A stretch of 64,000 nt of DNA, taken from contig CASDRL010000068.1 in assembly GCA_949283145.1 (NCBI GenBank), positions 1,445-65,444 on the forward strand, in the 5' to 3' direction. Positions 52,194 through 62,178 of the stretch are shown piece after piece. The notes under the pieces were generated by a model. It made no database searches and had not been told where the DNA came from. It saw only the letters and a list, made by a program, of their open reading frames with translations. Source of the DNA: an uncultured Clostridia bacterium. GTDB lineage: Bacteria > Bacillota > Clostridia > Christensenellales > CAG-917. Position 1 is the first letter of the stretch. The number at the start of each line of letters is the position of its first letter. The translations under genes and the position numbers were made by a program.

Positions 52194-55100
52194 ATGGTAA
52201 ACAGATTGTTCGTCGAAAAGAAAGAGGCGCTCGCGGCTGAAGCACGGGCACTCTTTTCCGAGGCGCGCGGGATGCTCGGAGTCAAGGGGCTCACCCGCGT
52301 CAGAGTGGTCAACCGTTACGACGTGGAAGGCGCGGACGGAGAGCTTTTGGAATATGCCAAACGCAACATTTTCTCCGAGCCGCAGCTTGACACCGTGACC
52401 CTCGCGATAGAGACGGAGGGCGCCGCTGCCGTCTTCGGGGTGGAACCTCTCCCCGGGCAGTTCGACCAGCGTGCGGACTCCGCGGCGCAATGCATACAGC
52501 TTGTCTCCCAGGGCGAGAAACCCGTCGTACGCACGGCGAAATTCTATGTCCTCTACGGCGACCTCACGGCGGGCGATGTCGAAAAGATAAAGAAATTCGT
52601 CATCAACCCCGTGGAGTGCCGCGAGGCGGACACCGCGCTCCCCGACACTCTGAAAACGGAATATCCCGCGCCTCATGACGTCGAGACCCTGCACGGTTTC
52701 ATCAAGATGGGCGAGGACGAGCTCGCCGCATTCGTAAGGAAGTACGGGCTCGCGATGGACGCGGACGATGTCAGGTTCTGCCGCGACTATTTCGCTTCCG
52801 AGCACCGCGATCCCACCCTCACGGAAGTGAGGATGATCGACACCTATTGGTCTGACCATTGCCGTCACACCACCTTCCTCACCACCATAGACAAGGCGGA
52901 GTTCGAGGACGCGGAAGTGCAGGCGGCTTGGGAGGATTATCTTGCCGTGCGCGAGAAGCTGGGCAGGACGGAGAAGCCCGTCAATCTCATGGACATCGCC
53001 ACAATAGCGGCGAAGATGCTGCGCAAGGAAGGCAAGCTCGAGAACCTCGACGTCTCCGACGAGATCAACGCCTGCACGGTGAAGATCAAGGTGGACGTCG
53101 ACGGCAAGGAGGAGGACTGGCTGCTGCTGTTCAAGAACGAGACGCACAACCATCCCACCGAGATAGAGCCTTTCGGCGGCGCGGCGACCTGCATCGGCGG
53201 CGCCATCCGCGACCCGCTCTCCGGGAGAGCCTATGTCTATTCCGCCATGCGCGTCACGGGCGCGGGCGATCCTCTCACTCCCATCGAGGACACGCTGCCC
53301 GGCAAACTGCCGCAGAAAAAGATCGTCACCACGGCTGCCGCGGGTTACAGCTCCTACGGCAACCAGATCGGGCTCGCCACGGGCATCGTGGACGAGATAT
53401 ATCACCCCGGCTATGTCGCAAAGCGCCTCGAGATAGGCGCGGTGACGGGCGCCGTTCCCGCGCGCAATGTCGTGAGGGAGACTCCCGCTCCCGGCGATGT
53501 GGTCATCCTGCTCGGCGGCAGGACGGGGAGAGACGGCTGCGGCGGAGCGACGGGCTCGTCAAAGGCGCACAGCGCCGAGTCTCTTTCCACCTGCGGGGCG
53601 GAAGTGCAGAAGGGCAACGCTCCCGAGGAGCGCAAATTGCAGCGTCTCTTCCGCAACCCCGAGGCGTCTCTTCTCATCAAGAGGTGCAACGACTTCGGCG
53701 CGGGCGGCGTTTCCGTGGCGATAGGGGAGCTCGCGGACGGGCTCTTCATCGACCTCAATGCCGTGCCAAAGAAATACGAAGGGCTGGACGGCACCGAGCT
53801 TGCCATCAGCGAATCGCAGGAGAGGATGGCGGTGGTGGTAGCCCCCGAGAACGCGGAGAAATTCCGCGCGCTCGCGAATGCGGAGAACCTCGAGGCTACC
53901 GTCGTCGCGAAAGTCACCGAAGAGCCCCGTCTCAGGATGCAATGGAACGGGAAGATCATCGTGGACATCTCCCGCGAGTTCCTCAACTCCAACGGCGCAG
54001 AGAAGCACGCCACGGCAAGACAGGTGAAGGCGGGCAGTCTCCTTAAAAACATCCCCGCGGATTTTGCGGAGGGCATGAAAGCGCTGGTCTCCGAGCTCAA
54101 CGTCTGCTCCAAGCGCGGGCTTTCGGAGAGGTTCGACAGCACCATCGGCGCGGGCACCGTTATGATGCCATTCGGCGGCAAAAACCAGCTCACCCCCATA
54201 CAGTGTATGGTCAACAAGGTCTCCGTCGAAAATGGCGAAACAGACACTTGTTCGCTCATGTCCTGGGGGTTTAACCCCTTTATCAGCGAAAAGAGCCCCT
54301 TCCACGGCGCCTATCTCGCCGTCATCGAAAGCGTCGCGAAACTGGTCGCGGCGGGGGCGAGCACAAGGGAAGTGTATCTCACTTTCCAAGAGTATTTCGA
54401 AAAGCCCATGGGCAAGGCGGAGCGCTGGGGCAAGCCCCTTGCGGCGCTGCTCGGCGCGTACCGTGCGCAGCGCGACCTCGGCATGGGAGCTATCGGCGGC
54501 AAGGACAGCATGAGCGGCACTTTCGAGCACATCGACGTGCCCCCCACCCTCGTCTCGTTCGCCGTCACGACGGAGAAGTGCGAGGAGGCGGTCTCGCCCG
54601 AGTTCAAGCGTGCGGGGAGCGAGGTGCGCCTTGTGGAGTGCGCCTACGGTGCGGACGGTCTGCCCGTGGCGGAGAGCTTCCTGCAAACGGCGGAAGAAGT
54701 GCACGCGCTCATGCGCGAAGGCAAAGTGATCTCCGCATACACACCCGCATACGGCGGCGTTGCGGAGGCGGTGTTCAAGTGCGCTCTCGGCAACGGGTTA
54801 GGTTTCGCGTTCGCGGACGGCGTAAGCCTTCAGGACGTCTTCGGATATAAATACGGCGCGTTCGTCATCGAGTGTGCGGAGGGCGTGACTCTTGGCAGGG
54901 CGCTCGGCAGGGTGACGGAGGAGCGCACGTTCGTCTTCGGCGGCGAGAGCGTGACGCTTTCGGAGCTCTCCGAGGCATACGAAAACAAGCTGGAGAGCGT
55001 CTATTCCTGCAACATAAAGCAGGACGGCGGCGACATCCCCAAGGTGAGTTATACGGGCGGCGCCGCGGCAAAGAGCGGCAGGAAGTTCGCATCTCCCAAG

Positions 55101-55889
55101 ATGCTCATCCCCGTGTTCCCCGGCACCAACTGCGAGTACGACACCGCAAAGGCGGCGCGGCGCGCCGGCATCGACGCGGAGATCTTCGTCATCAACAATC
55201 TCACTCCCGCGGCGGTGGCGGAGTCCGCCGACGAGTTCGCAAGAAAGGTGCGCGAGGCTGAGATCGTCTTCATCCCGGGCGGATTCTCGGGCGGCGACGA
55301 ACCGGACGGCAGCGGCAAGTTCATCACCTCCTTCTTCCGCGGCGCCAAGGTGACGGACGCTGTGCGCGATCTGCTCAAACACCGCGACGGTCTGATGGCG
55401 GGCATATGCAACGGCTTCCAGGCGCTCATCAAGCTCGGTCTCGTGACCGTGGGCGACATCGTGGACGCGGACGAGAACGCGCCCACCCTCACCTATAACA
55501 CCATCGCGCGCCACCAGTCCAAGATCGTGAGGACGCGCGTCTGCTCGGATCTCTCTCCCTGGCTCACTCTGAAGAGCGTGGGCGACATCGTGAACGTCCC
55601 CATATCCCACGGTGAGGGCAGGTTCATGGCGTCTCCCGAGTGGCTGGAGAGACTCGCGAAAAACGGGCAGATCGCGACGCAGTACGTCGATCTTTCGGGC
55701 GAGCCGACCTACGACATCGCCTTCAACCCCAACGGCAGCGACATGGCGGTGGAGGGCATCACCTCTCCGGACGGCAGGGTGCTGGGCAAGATGGGACACA
55801 GCGAGCGCGTGGACGCGGGGCTCTACCTCAACGTCCCCGGCGACTACGACATGGCGCTCTTCCGCTCGGCGGCGGCATATTTCGCTTAA
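52194..55889 (+). CDS. purL: Phosphoribosylformylglycinamidine synthase (single-chain large PurL)
   Basis: 1231 aa from [10 protein letters not shown] with a GGAGGAG RBS. It has FGAM synthase core repeats and a C-terminal glutaminase domain with GICNGFQAL. Confidence 0.9.
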   Translation: MVNRLFVEKKEALAAEARALFSEARGMLGVKGLTRVRVVNRYDVEGADGELLEYAKRNIFSEPQLDTVTLAIETEGAAAVFGVEPLPGQFDQRADSAAQCIQLVSQGEKPVVRTAKFYVLYGDLTAGDVEKIKKFVINPVECREADTALPDTLKTEYPAPHDVETLHGFIKMGEDELAAFVRKYGLAMDADDVRFCRDYFASEHRDPTLTEVRMIDTYWSDHCRHTTFLTTIDKAEFEDAEVQAAWEDYLAVREKLGRTEKPVNLMDIATIAAKMLRKEGKLENLDVSDEINACTVKIKVDVDGKEEDWLLLFKNETHNHPTEIEPFGGAATCIGGAIRDPLSGRAYVYSAMRVTGAGDPLTPIEDTLPGKLPQKKIVTTAAAGYSSYGNQIGLATGIVDEIYHPGYVAKRLEIGAVTGAVPARNVVRETPAPGDVVILLGGRTGRDGCGGATGSSKAHSAESLSTCGAEVQKGNAPEERKLQRLFRNPEASLLIKRCNDFGAGGVSVAIGELADGLFIDLNAVPKKYEGLDGTELAISESQERMAVVVAPENAEKFRALANAENLEATVVAKVTEEPRLRMQWNGKIIVDISREFLNSNGAEKHATARQVKAGSLLKNIPADFAEGMKALVSELNVCSKRGLSERFDSTIGAGTVMMPFGGKNQLTPIQCMVNKVSVENGETDTCSLMSWGFNPFISEKSPFHGAYLAVIESVAKLVAAGASTREVYLTFQEYFEKPMGKAERWGKPLAALLGAYRAQRDLGMGAIGGKDSMSGTFEHIDVPPTLVSFAVTTEKCEEAVSPEFKRAGSEVRLVECAYGADGLPVAESFLQTAEEVHALMREGKVISAYTPAYGGVAEAVFKCALGNGLGFAFADGVSLQDVFGYKYGAFVIECAEGVTLGRALGRVTEERTFVFGGESVTLSELSEAYENKLESVYSCNIKQDGGDIPKVSYTGGAAAKSGRKFASPKMLIPVFPGTNCEYDTAKAARRAGIDAEIFVINNLTPAAVAESADEFARKVREAEIVFIPGGFSGGDEPDGSGKFITSFFRGAKVTDAVRDLLKHRDGLMAGICNGFQALIKLGLVTVGDIVDADENAPTLTYNTIARHQSKIVRTRVCSDLSPWLTLKSVGDIVNVPISHGEGRFMASPEWLERLAKNGQIATQYVDLSGEPTYDIAFNPNGSDMAVEGITSPDGRVLGKMGHSERVDAGLYLNVPGDYDMALFRSAAAYFA

Positions 55890-55951
55890 ACTGCGGGAAA
55901 GTCACAAACCAAAACAATAAGGAAAAAAGATTAATCTTCGGAGATAAGACC

Positions 55952-57460
55952 ATGGCAAAGTATTTTGAAGAACCGTCAAGAACTTTCAGCGAGTATCTTC
56001 TCATCCCCGGCTACACGGACGAGAACTGCATCCCCGCGAACGTCAGCCTGCGCACCCCGCTCGTCAAATACGCGAGGGGAGAGGAACCCGCCATCTCGCT
56101 CAACATCCCTCTCGTTTCCGCCATCATGCAGTCGGTGAGCAACGACACGCTCGCCATCGCTTTGGCGCGCGAGGGCGGCATCTCCTTCATCTACGGCTCG
56201 CAGTCGGTGGAGGACGAGGCGGCAATGGTCAGGCGCGTCAAGAACTACAAGGCGGGCTTCGTGGTGTCGGACTCCAACCTCACCCCGGACAGCACCCTCG
56301 CGGACGTGCTGGAACTCGTGCGCCGCAAGGGACACAACACCATCGCCGTCACGCACGACGGCACCAGCTTCGGCAAGCTGCTCGGCATCGTGACTTCGCG
56401 TGATTACCGCGTCAGCCGTATGGCGCCCGAGACCCCCGTCAAGGAGTTCATGACCCCGCTTGAAAAGCTGGTCACGGCGCCCGCTTCCACGGGGCTCGCG
56501 GAGGCGAATGACATCATCTGGGAGCACAAGCTCAACTCCATCCCCATCGTGTCCGATGAGGGCAACCTGATGTACATGGTCTTCCGCAAGGACTATGCTC
56601 AGCACAAGGAGAATCCGCTTGAGCTGCTTGACGACCACAAGAGATATATGGTGGGCGCTGGCATCAACACGCTGGACTACGAGAAGCGCGTCCCCGCACT
56701 CATCGACGCGGGCGTGGACGTGCTGTGTATCGACTCTTCGGAGGGTTACAGCGTATGGCAGAAGCGCACTCTCGAGTTCATCCGCAAAAATTACGGCGAC
56801 AGCGTCAAGGTGGGCGCGGGCAACGTCGTGGACCGTGACGGATTCTTCTTCCTTGCCGAGTGCGGTGCGGATTTCATCAAGGTGGGCATCGGCGGCGGCT
56901 CCATCTGCATCACCCGCGAACAGAAGGGCATCGGCCGCGGACAGGCGAGCGCGCTCATCGAAGTGGCGGAAGCCAGGAACGAATATTACGAGAAGACAGG
57001 CATCTACATCCCCATCTGCTCGGACGGCGGCATCGTGCACGACTATCACATGACCCTCGCACTTGCCATGGGCGCGGACTTCCTCATGCTGGGCAGATAT
57101 TTCGCCCGCTTCGACGAGAGCCCCACCGCCAAGCTCAACATCAATGGCAACTACGTCAAGGAGTATTGGGGGGAGGGCAGCAACCGCGCGCGCAACTGGC
57201 AGCGTTACGACCTCGGCGGCAAGTCCGGTCTCTCCTTTGAAGAAGGCGTGGACAGCTACGTCCCCTACGCCGGCAGCCTCAAAGACAATGTGGAAAAGAG
57301 CCTTTATAAGGTGCGTTCCACCATGTGCAACTGCGGCGCGATCACCATAAAGCAGCTTCAGCAGACCGCAAAGATGACCGTGGTCTCCGCCACCAGCATC
57401 ACCGAGGGCGGCGCGCACGACGTCATCCAGAAGAACACCGGCTACACCGGCAACAGATAA
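55952..57460 (+). CDS. guaB: IMP dehydrogenase
   Basis: 502 aa from [22 protein letters not shown]. The catalytic loop is [20 protein letters not shown], and a CBS-pair insert is present. The track start at 55640 overlaps purL and was rejected. Confidence 0.85.
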   Translation: MAKYFEEPSRTFSEYLLIPGYTDENCIPANVSLRTPLVKYARGEEPAISLNIPLVSAIMQSVSNDTLAIALAREGGISFIYGSQSVEDEAAMVRRVKNYKAGFVVSDSNLTPDSTLADVLELVRRKGHNTIAVTHDGTSFGKLLGIVTSRDYRVSRMAPETPVKEFMTPLEKLVTAPASTGLAEANDIIWEHKLNSIPIVSDEGNLMYMVFRKDYAQHKENPLELLDDHKRYMVGAGINTLDYEKRVPALIDAGVDVLCIDSSEGYSVWQKRTLEFIRKNYGDSVKVGAGNVVDRDGFFFLAECGADFIKVGIGGGSICITREQKGIGRGQASALIEVAEARNEYYEKTGIYIPICSDGGIVHDYHMTLALAMGADFLMLGRYFARFDESPTAKLNINGNYVKEYWGEGSNRARNWQRYDLGGKSGLSFEEGVDSYVPYAGSLKDNVEKSLYKVRSTMCNCGAITIKQLQQTAKMTVVSATSITEGGAHDVIQKNTGYTGNR

Positions 57461-57469
57461 GGAGAGCAT

Positions 57470-58327
57470 ATGCAGGTCATAGACGGAAAACTCGTTGCAA
57501 AACTCACGCGCGAAGACATCGCCAAGCAGGTCGCGGCGCTGCCGCAGGACACCCTCGGTAAGATAGGGCTTGCGGTCATCCTCGTCGGCGACGACCCCGC
57601 AAGCCAGGTGTATGTGCGCAACAAGATCAACGGCTGCGCGGAGGTGGGCATCACGTCCACTCTCGTAAAAATGCCCGCGGACTCGACTCAGGAGGAGGTG
57701 GCGGAGAAGATAAAAGCCCTCAACGCCGATCCTGCCGTCAACGGCATCCTTTTGCAGCTTCCCGTCCCGAAGCACCTCGACGAGGCGGCGCTCCTGCACC
57801 TCATCGACCCCGCAAAGGACGTGGACGGATGCCATTACGTGCAGAAGGGCAAGCTGTGGACGGGCGAGCCCGAGCTCATCCCCTGCACCCCTTACGGCGT
57901 CATCAAGCTGCTCGACCACTATTCCATCCCCATCGAGGGTAAAAGCGCCGTCGTCGTCGGACGCTCCAATCTGGTGGGCAAGCCGCTCGCGCAGCTCCTT
58001 CTCGACCGCAACGCCACCGTCACGATATGCCACAGCCGCACTAAGGATCTCGGCGAGGTCACTTCCCGCGCGGACATCGTGTGCGTCGCCATCGGCAAAG
58101 CCAAGTTCCTGAAAGCGGATATGGTGAAAGAGGGTGCCGTCGTCATCGACGTCGGCATGGACCGCGACGAAAACGGCAAGCTCTGCGGCGACGTGGATTA
58201 CGTCGAAGTCGCGCCCAAGTGCGCCTACATCACCCCCGTTCCCGGCGGCGTGGGACCAATGACGGTGACCATGCTGCTGCAAAACACCGTCAAGGCGTAC
58301 CGCCTGCAAAAGGGGCTGGACAAATGA
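57470..58327 (+). CDS. folD: Bifunctional methylenetetrahydrofolate dehydrogenase/cyclohydrolase
   Basis: 285 aa. VILVGDDPASQVYVRNK, GILLQLPVPKH and VVVGRSNLVGKPLAQLL motifs. Confidence 0.9.
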   Translation: MQVIDGKLVAKLTREDIAKQVAALPQDTLGKIGLAVILVGDDPASQVYVRNKINGCAEVGITSTLVKMPADSTQEEVAEKIKALNADPAVNGILLQLPVPKHLDEAALLHLIDPAKDVDGCHYVQKGKLWTGEPELIPCTPYGVIKLLDHYSIPIEGKSAVVVGRSNLVGKPLAQLLLDRNATVTICHSRTKDLGEVTSRADIVCVAIGKAKFLKADMVKEGAVVIDVGMDRDENGKLCGDVDYVEVAPKCAYITPVPGGVGPMTVTMLLQNTVKAYRLQKGLDK

Positions 58328-58329
58328 CC

Positions 58330-58396
58330 TTGCGGGACTTCCCGCAAAGCACGATATAACGTTAAGAGAGCGGAGCCTATGGCTCCGCTTTATCGT
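58330..58396 (+). terminator. Two hairpins after folD (probable operon terminator)
   Basis: ttgcggg actt cccgcaa, then agcggagcc tat ggctccgct followed by ttatcgtt (a weak T-run). Confidence 0.5.
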
Positions 58397-58450
58397 TACA
58401 GAACGCGGAAATTGTCGATTTTCTTATGGAGAAAAATTATCCCTATTCGC

Positions 58451-58479
58451 TTGAAAGCGCGCGCGTGTGAGGATATAAT
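58451..58479 (+). promoter_or_regulatory. Putative sigma70-type promoter of the CooC-like/activase/HAD-like operon
   Basis: TTGAAA, 17-nt spacer, consensus TATAAT. It lies 22 nt upstream of the RBS GCGGAGGG and ATG 58501. Confidence 0.6.
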
Positions 58480-58500
58480 TTTCTGCGGAGGGCTTTTTCA

Positions 58501-59265
58501 ATGAAAGACACCGCAAAACTCATTGCCGTTGCGGGCAAGGGCGGCGTGGGCAAGACGTCCGTTGCCGCCGCCATGGTCAAGATCATCTCCGAGACGCATC
58601 CCGAAAGCAGGCTGCTCGCCATCGACGCGGACCCCGCGACGGGGCTTTCCACCGCGCTCGGCGTAGAGGTGAAGGAGACCATCGACGACATCCGCAAGAG
58701 CATCGTCGAGAGCTTGGACGAGGGGGACACCCGCACTGCCATAGAATTGCTCGGCGACGCGAGGTATAAGATCTTCGACGCTATGACGGAGACGGACAGG
58801 TTCGCGTTCATCGCCGTGGGCAGACCGGAGTCCGCGGGCTGCTATTGCAAGATCAACAGCTATCTCAAAGAAGTCATATCCCTCCTTTCCGCCGATTTCG
58901 ATTACGTCGTCATCGACGGCGAGGCGGGCGTGGAGCAGATCAACCGCCGCGTGATGGAGAAGGTGACCCACCTCGTGCTCGTCACCGACCCGAGCAAGAA
59001 GGGCAGACAGGTCATCGCATCCGTGAAGGAAGTGGCGGACAGGCTGATGTCTCCGGAGCGCACCGGCGTCATCGTCAACAGGATCCTGGACGAGAGCCAG
59101 AAAGAATTCATCGACCTTGGTGACCTCACGCCGTACGCGTACATCGCGAGCGACCCCGATGTGGCGAGGTTCGACACCGAGGGCAGGAGCCTCATGGAGC
59201 TGCCCGAAGAGAGCAAGATCGTCGAGGGAGTGCGGACTGCGCTCCTTGCGGCGGGGATAATATAG
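58501..59265 (+). CDS. MinD/ParA-superfamily ATPase, CooC/AcsF-like (CxC motif)
   Basis: 254 aa. The deviant Walker A is AGKGGVGKTS and a DADP motif is present. The Cys-x-Cys motif in GRPESAGCYCKINSYL is as in CooC-type metallocentre maturation ATPases. Confidence 0.7.
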   Translation: MKDTAKLIAVAGKGGVGKTSVAAAMVKIISETHPESRLLAIDADPATGLSTALGVEVKETIDDIRKSIVESLDEGDTRTAIELLGDARYKIFDAMTETDRFAFIAVGRPESAGCYCKINSYLKEVISLLSADFDYVVIDGEAGVEQINRRVMEKVTHLVLVTDPSKKGRQVIASVKEVADRLMSPERTGVIVNRILDESQKEFIDLGDLTPYAYIASDPDVARFDTEGRSLMELPEESKIVEGVRTALLAAGII

Positions 59266-59274
59266 GAGGAAGAA

Positions 59275-60075
59275 ATGAAATACTTCGGCGGATGCGACGT
59301 AGGTTCCACCTACACAAAGTGCGTGATCCTCGACGAAAACGGCAAGATCGCCGCTGACTGCACCCTGCGCAGCAAGATCAATCCCACCGAGAGTGCGGAG
59401 CTCGCGCTCCAGACCGCGGTGGAGAAGGTGCCGGGGCTCAAGTCCGGCAAGGATCTTGCCTATCTCATCGGCACGGGCTACGGGCGCAACAAGGTGCCTT
59501 TTGCGGACGAGAACATCTCGGAGATAAGCTGTCACGCGATGGGCGTGCACGTCACCGATCCCACCGTCAAAGCCATCATCGACATCGGCGGACAGGACGT
59601 CAAGGGCATCGCCATCGCCCCCGACGGCACGGTGAAAAACTTCGCGATGAACGACAAGTGCGCGGCGGGCACGGGCAGATTCTATGAGGCTATGGCACAC
59701 GCCTTCGAGATGACTTTGCCCGAGTTTTCCGCACTCTCGCTCACCGCAAAGAATACCATCCCCATCACCGCGCAGTGCACGGTGTTCGCAGAGAGCGAGG
59801 TCATCTCCCTCGTCGGCGAAGGGAAGCCGATGGACGAGATCGCGGCGGGCATCCAGATGGCTGTCGCCAAGCGCTGCTTCGTCATGGCGAAGAAGGCGGG
59901 CGCGACGGACAGCATCACCCTCACGGGCGGCTGCGCCAAGAACCAGGGGCTGAAAAAGGCGATCGAGCACGTGCTCAAGCTCAAGGTCATCGAGCTCAAG
60001 ACCGACCCGCAGCTCATGGGTGCGCTCGGCGCCGCCGAATACGCCAGACAAAAGGGTCTCGCGGAGGTGAAATGA
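59275..60075 (+). CDS. BcrAD/BadFG-family ATPase: 2-hydroxyacyl-CoA dehydratase-type activase (HgdC-like)
   Basis: 266 aa. It has GCDVGSTYTKCVILD (ASKHA phosphate-1) and the cluster-bridging Cys contexts NDKCAAGTGRF and AQCTVFAESEV. Confidence 0.85.
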   Translation: MKYFGGCDVGSTYTKCVILDENGKIAADCTLRSKINPTESAELALQTAVEKVPGLKSGKDLAYLIGTGYGRNKVPFADENISEISCHAMGVHVTDPTVKAIIDIGGQDVKGIAIAPDGTVKNFAMNDKCAAGTGRFYEAMAHAFEMTLPEFSALSLTAKNTIPITAQCTVFAESEVISLVGEGKPMDEIAAGIQMAVAKRCFVMAKKAGATDSITLTGGCAKNQGLKKAIEHVLKLKVIELKTDPQLMGALGAAEYARQKGLAEVK

Positions 60076-60242
60076 TGGAATGGTGGGCGATCCTTCTCAT
60101 AGTGCTTGCCTGTGTGATCGTGGGCGGTTTTCTGCTGCTCTTTGCGGTCTACTTCTTCAACCTCGACATGAAGCTCATCTCCGTGGTGTATAAGCTGCTC
60201 GGCAAACACTACGACAAGATGAAGAGGGACAACAGGCTCTGA
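60072..60242 (+). CDS. Small membrane protein (56 aa)
   Basis: MMEWWAILLIVLACVIVGGFLLLFAVYFFNL... has one TM helix. A GGAGG RBS is present. It overlaps the activase stop (ATGA) and its stop overlaps the next start (TGATG). Confidence 0.55.
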   Translation: MMEWWAILLIVLACVIVGGFLLLFAVYFFNLDMKLISVVYKLLGKHYDKMKRDNRL

Positions 60243-60976
60243 TGAAACTCTTTGACGACCTCATCGCCGAAACGCAGCGCATCCTCGCGCCCTTTGCCCC
60301 GATAAGGCGCGCGGCGTCCGAAATAACGCCGTGGCGGGACGCGGGGGAGAACGAGCTCGTCCTTTCGAAGGAGAGCGCGTTTGAGCTGGGTGCGGGCGGC
60401 AGCGGCTGCGGCGCCTGTCTCGTCACCGGAGACCGGTCTTTGGTGGGAGATGGCGGCGTCGACGTCTACGGCAGCGACCTTCCCGACATCCGCGGCGACG
60501 CTCCCTATGCGCGCATCGCGCTCGTATATGCCGAGGGCATGGACGAGAGCGACGACGCGGCGTACAAGAGCGTGCAGCGGGTGGATTTCGTGAAATATCA
60601 CGTCTTCCCGGAAGGGTTCATGCTCCGCATCTCCTCCGAGGGTTCCAAGGAGCAGGTGAGGGTGTCCGAGAGGGCGTTGAAGCAGGGTATAAACTTCGCC
60701 GCCGTCGGCGGGCTTTACGCCGCGAAGTATCTCGAAAATCCTGCCGTTAAGGCGGTGAGGATAATCTTTGTGACAGTGCCCGAGGCGGTGAGCGCTCTCA
60801 AAAAGGTGGCGGAAGAGGCGAAACGCCGCACCGCCGCGCTCAACAAAATTCTGCAAAGCGTGATGCTCGATTGCAGCGTCTGCGCCCTCAAACCCGTCTG
60901 TGACGAGGTGGAGGAGCTCAAAGAGCTCCATTTCGGGAGGAGCGCCGCCGCAAGCGGGCAAGGGGAGAAAAAGTGA
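60242..60976 (+). CDS. Cys-motif protein of unknown function (possible CdhC/AcsB-middle-domain-like)
   Basis: 244 aa. Cys motifs are GSGCGAC and DCSVCALKPVCDE near the C-terminus. It is translationally coupled on both sides. The family assignment rests only on recalled similarity and is unverified. Confidence 0.6.
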   Translation: MKLFDDLIAETQRILAPFAPIRRAASEITPWRDAGENELVLSKESAFELGAGGSGCGACLVTGDRSLVGDGGVDVYGSDLPDIRGDAPYARIALVYAEGMDESDDAAYKSVQRVDFVKYHVFPEGFMLRISSEGSKEQVRVSERALKQGINFAAVGGLYAAKYLENPAVKAVRIIFVTVPEAVSALKKVAEEAKRRTAALNKILQSVMLDCSVCALKPVCDEVEELKELHFGRSAAASGQGEKK

Positions 60977-62178
60977 AAGACTTAAAGCATCTCATCTACT
61001 TTGAAAATCTGCTGCAATCGGCGCACAACGACGCCGTCAAGGCAGCCATCGACAAGGGCGGCATCGCGGTGGGCTACACCTGCTATTTCATGCCCGAAGT
61101 GCTCCTCAACGTGGACAACTGCTTCTCGGTGAGGTTGCGCGCGCCCCGCACGGGATCGATGGACATCGCGACCTACTACATGTCCAGCTTCCTCTGCGGG
61201 TTCAGCAAGGCGCTGCTCGAGCGCGGCATCGAGGGGGGGTACAACTTCCTCTCCTGCCTCATGGGCTCGGAGACGTGCAGCGAGATGAACCGCACGCTCG
61301 AACATTTCGAGATCCTGAAACTCGTGCCCAACGACAAGTTTTTCGTCACCATCATCGACGCGCCTTTCAAGATCACGGAGCACGGGCTCAAACATTATAC
61401 CAACCAGATCCGCATCAAGGTGCTGGACAGGCTGCACGAGGTCTACGGCGTCGACGTCAGCGACGAGGCACTGAGAAAGGCGGTGGAAGAGCACAACAGG
61501 GTGGCTCGCGTCATGCGTGCCATCGGGGAATACCGCAAAGAGGACAACCCCCGCATCACGGGATATGAATATCACGTCCTCTCCGTTGCGTCCTACTGCT
61601 GCCCGAAGGCGGAGATCATCGACAAGCTGGAAGAGACCCTCGAGGAGCTGAAGACCCGCGTCCCCGACGAGAAGAAGAAGTACCGCGCCAAGGTCGTGGT
61701 GGTGGGCAGCGAGATGGACGACCCCGAGTTCACCAAGCAGATCGAGGAGGCGGGCGCGCTCGTCGTCGCGGACAGATATTGCTTCGGCACCATGCCGGGG
61801 CGCGACGTCATCGAGCTCAACGACACCGACGACGTTCTCACACAGATCTGCCTGCATTATCTCAAGACCAGCCAGTGCCCGCGCTTCATGAGCAAGGAGA
61901 AGGTGCAGGGCAGACGCGATTTCGTTGCGGGGCTCGTCAGGGACTATCACGCCGAGGGCGTCATCTACGAACAGCTCAAATTCTGCGAGTATTGGGGCTA
62001 TGAGCGCGCGCTCGCCAGCCACATCATGCAGAGCGACTACGGCATCCCCGCGGTGTCCATAGACAGACAATATACCGCAAGCGGCTCCGGTCAGCTCCGC
62101 ACCAGGGTGCAGGCGTTCGTCGAGAGCCTCGAGATCAAGCGCATACAGAAAGCGAAAGCCGAAAGGGAGGGCAAGTGA
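60973..62178 (+). CDS. 2-hydroxyacyl-CoA dehydratase family (HGD-D) subunit
   Basis: 401 aa with a GTGA overlap with the upstream gene. The N-terminal ...GGIAVGYTCYFMPEVLL... and later ..ADRYCFG.. and ..KFCEYWGYE.. are typical of HgdA/B and BcrB/C-type D-components. Confidence 0.75.
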   Translation: MKDLKHLIYFENLLQSAHNDAVKAAIDKGGIAVGYTCYFMPEVLLNVDNCFSVRLRAPRTGSMDIATYYMSSFLCGFSKALLERGIEGGYNFLSCLMGSETCSEMNRTLEHFEILKLVPNDKFFVTIIDAPFKITEHGLKHYTNQIRIKVLDRLHEVYGVDVSDEALRKAVEEHNRVARVMRAIGEYRKEDNPRITGYEYHVLSVASYCCPKAEIIDKLEETLEELKTRVPDEKKKYRAKVVVVGSEMDDPEFTKQIEEAGALVVADRYCFGTMPGRDVIELNDTDDVLTQICLHYLKTSQCPRFMSKEKVQGRRDFVAGLVRDYHAEGVIYEQLKFCEYWGYERALASHIMQSDYGIPAVSIDRQYTASGSGQLRTRVQAFVESLEIKRIQKAKAEREGK

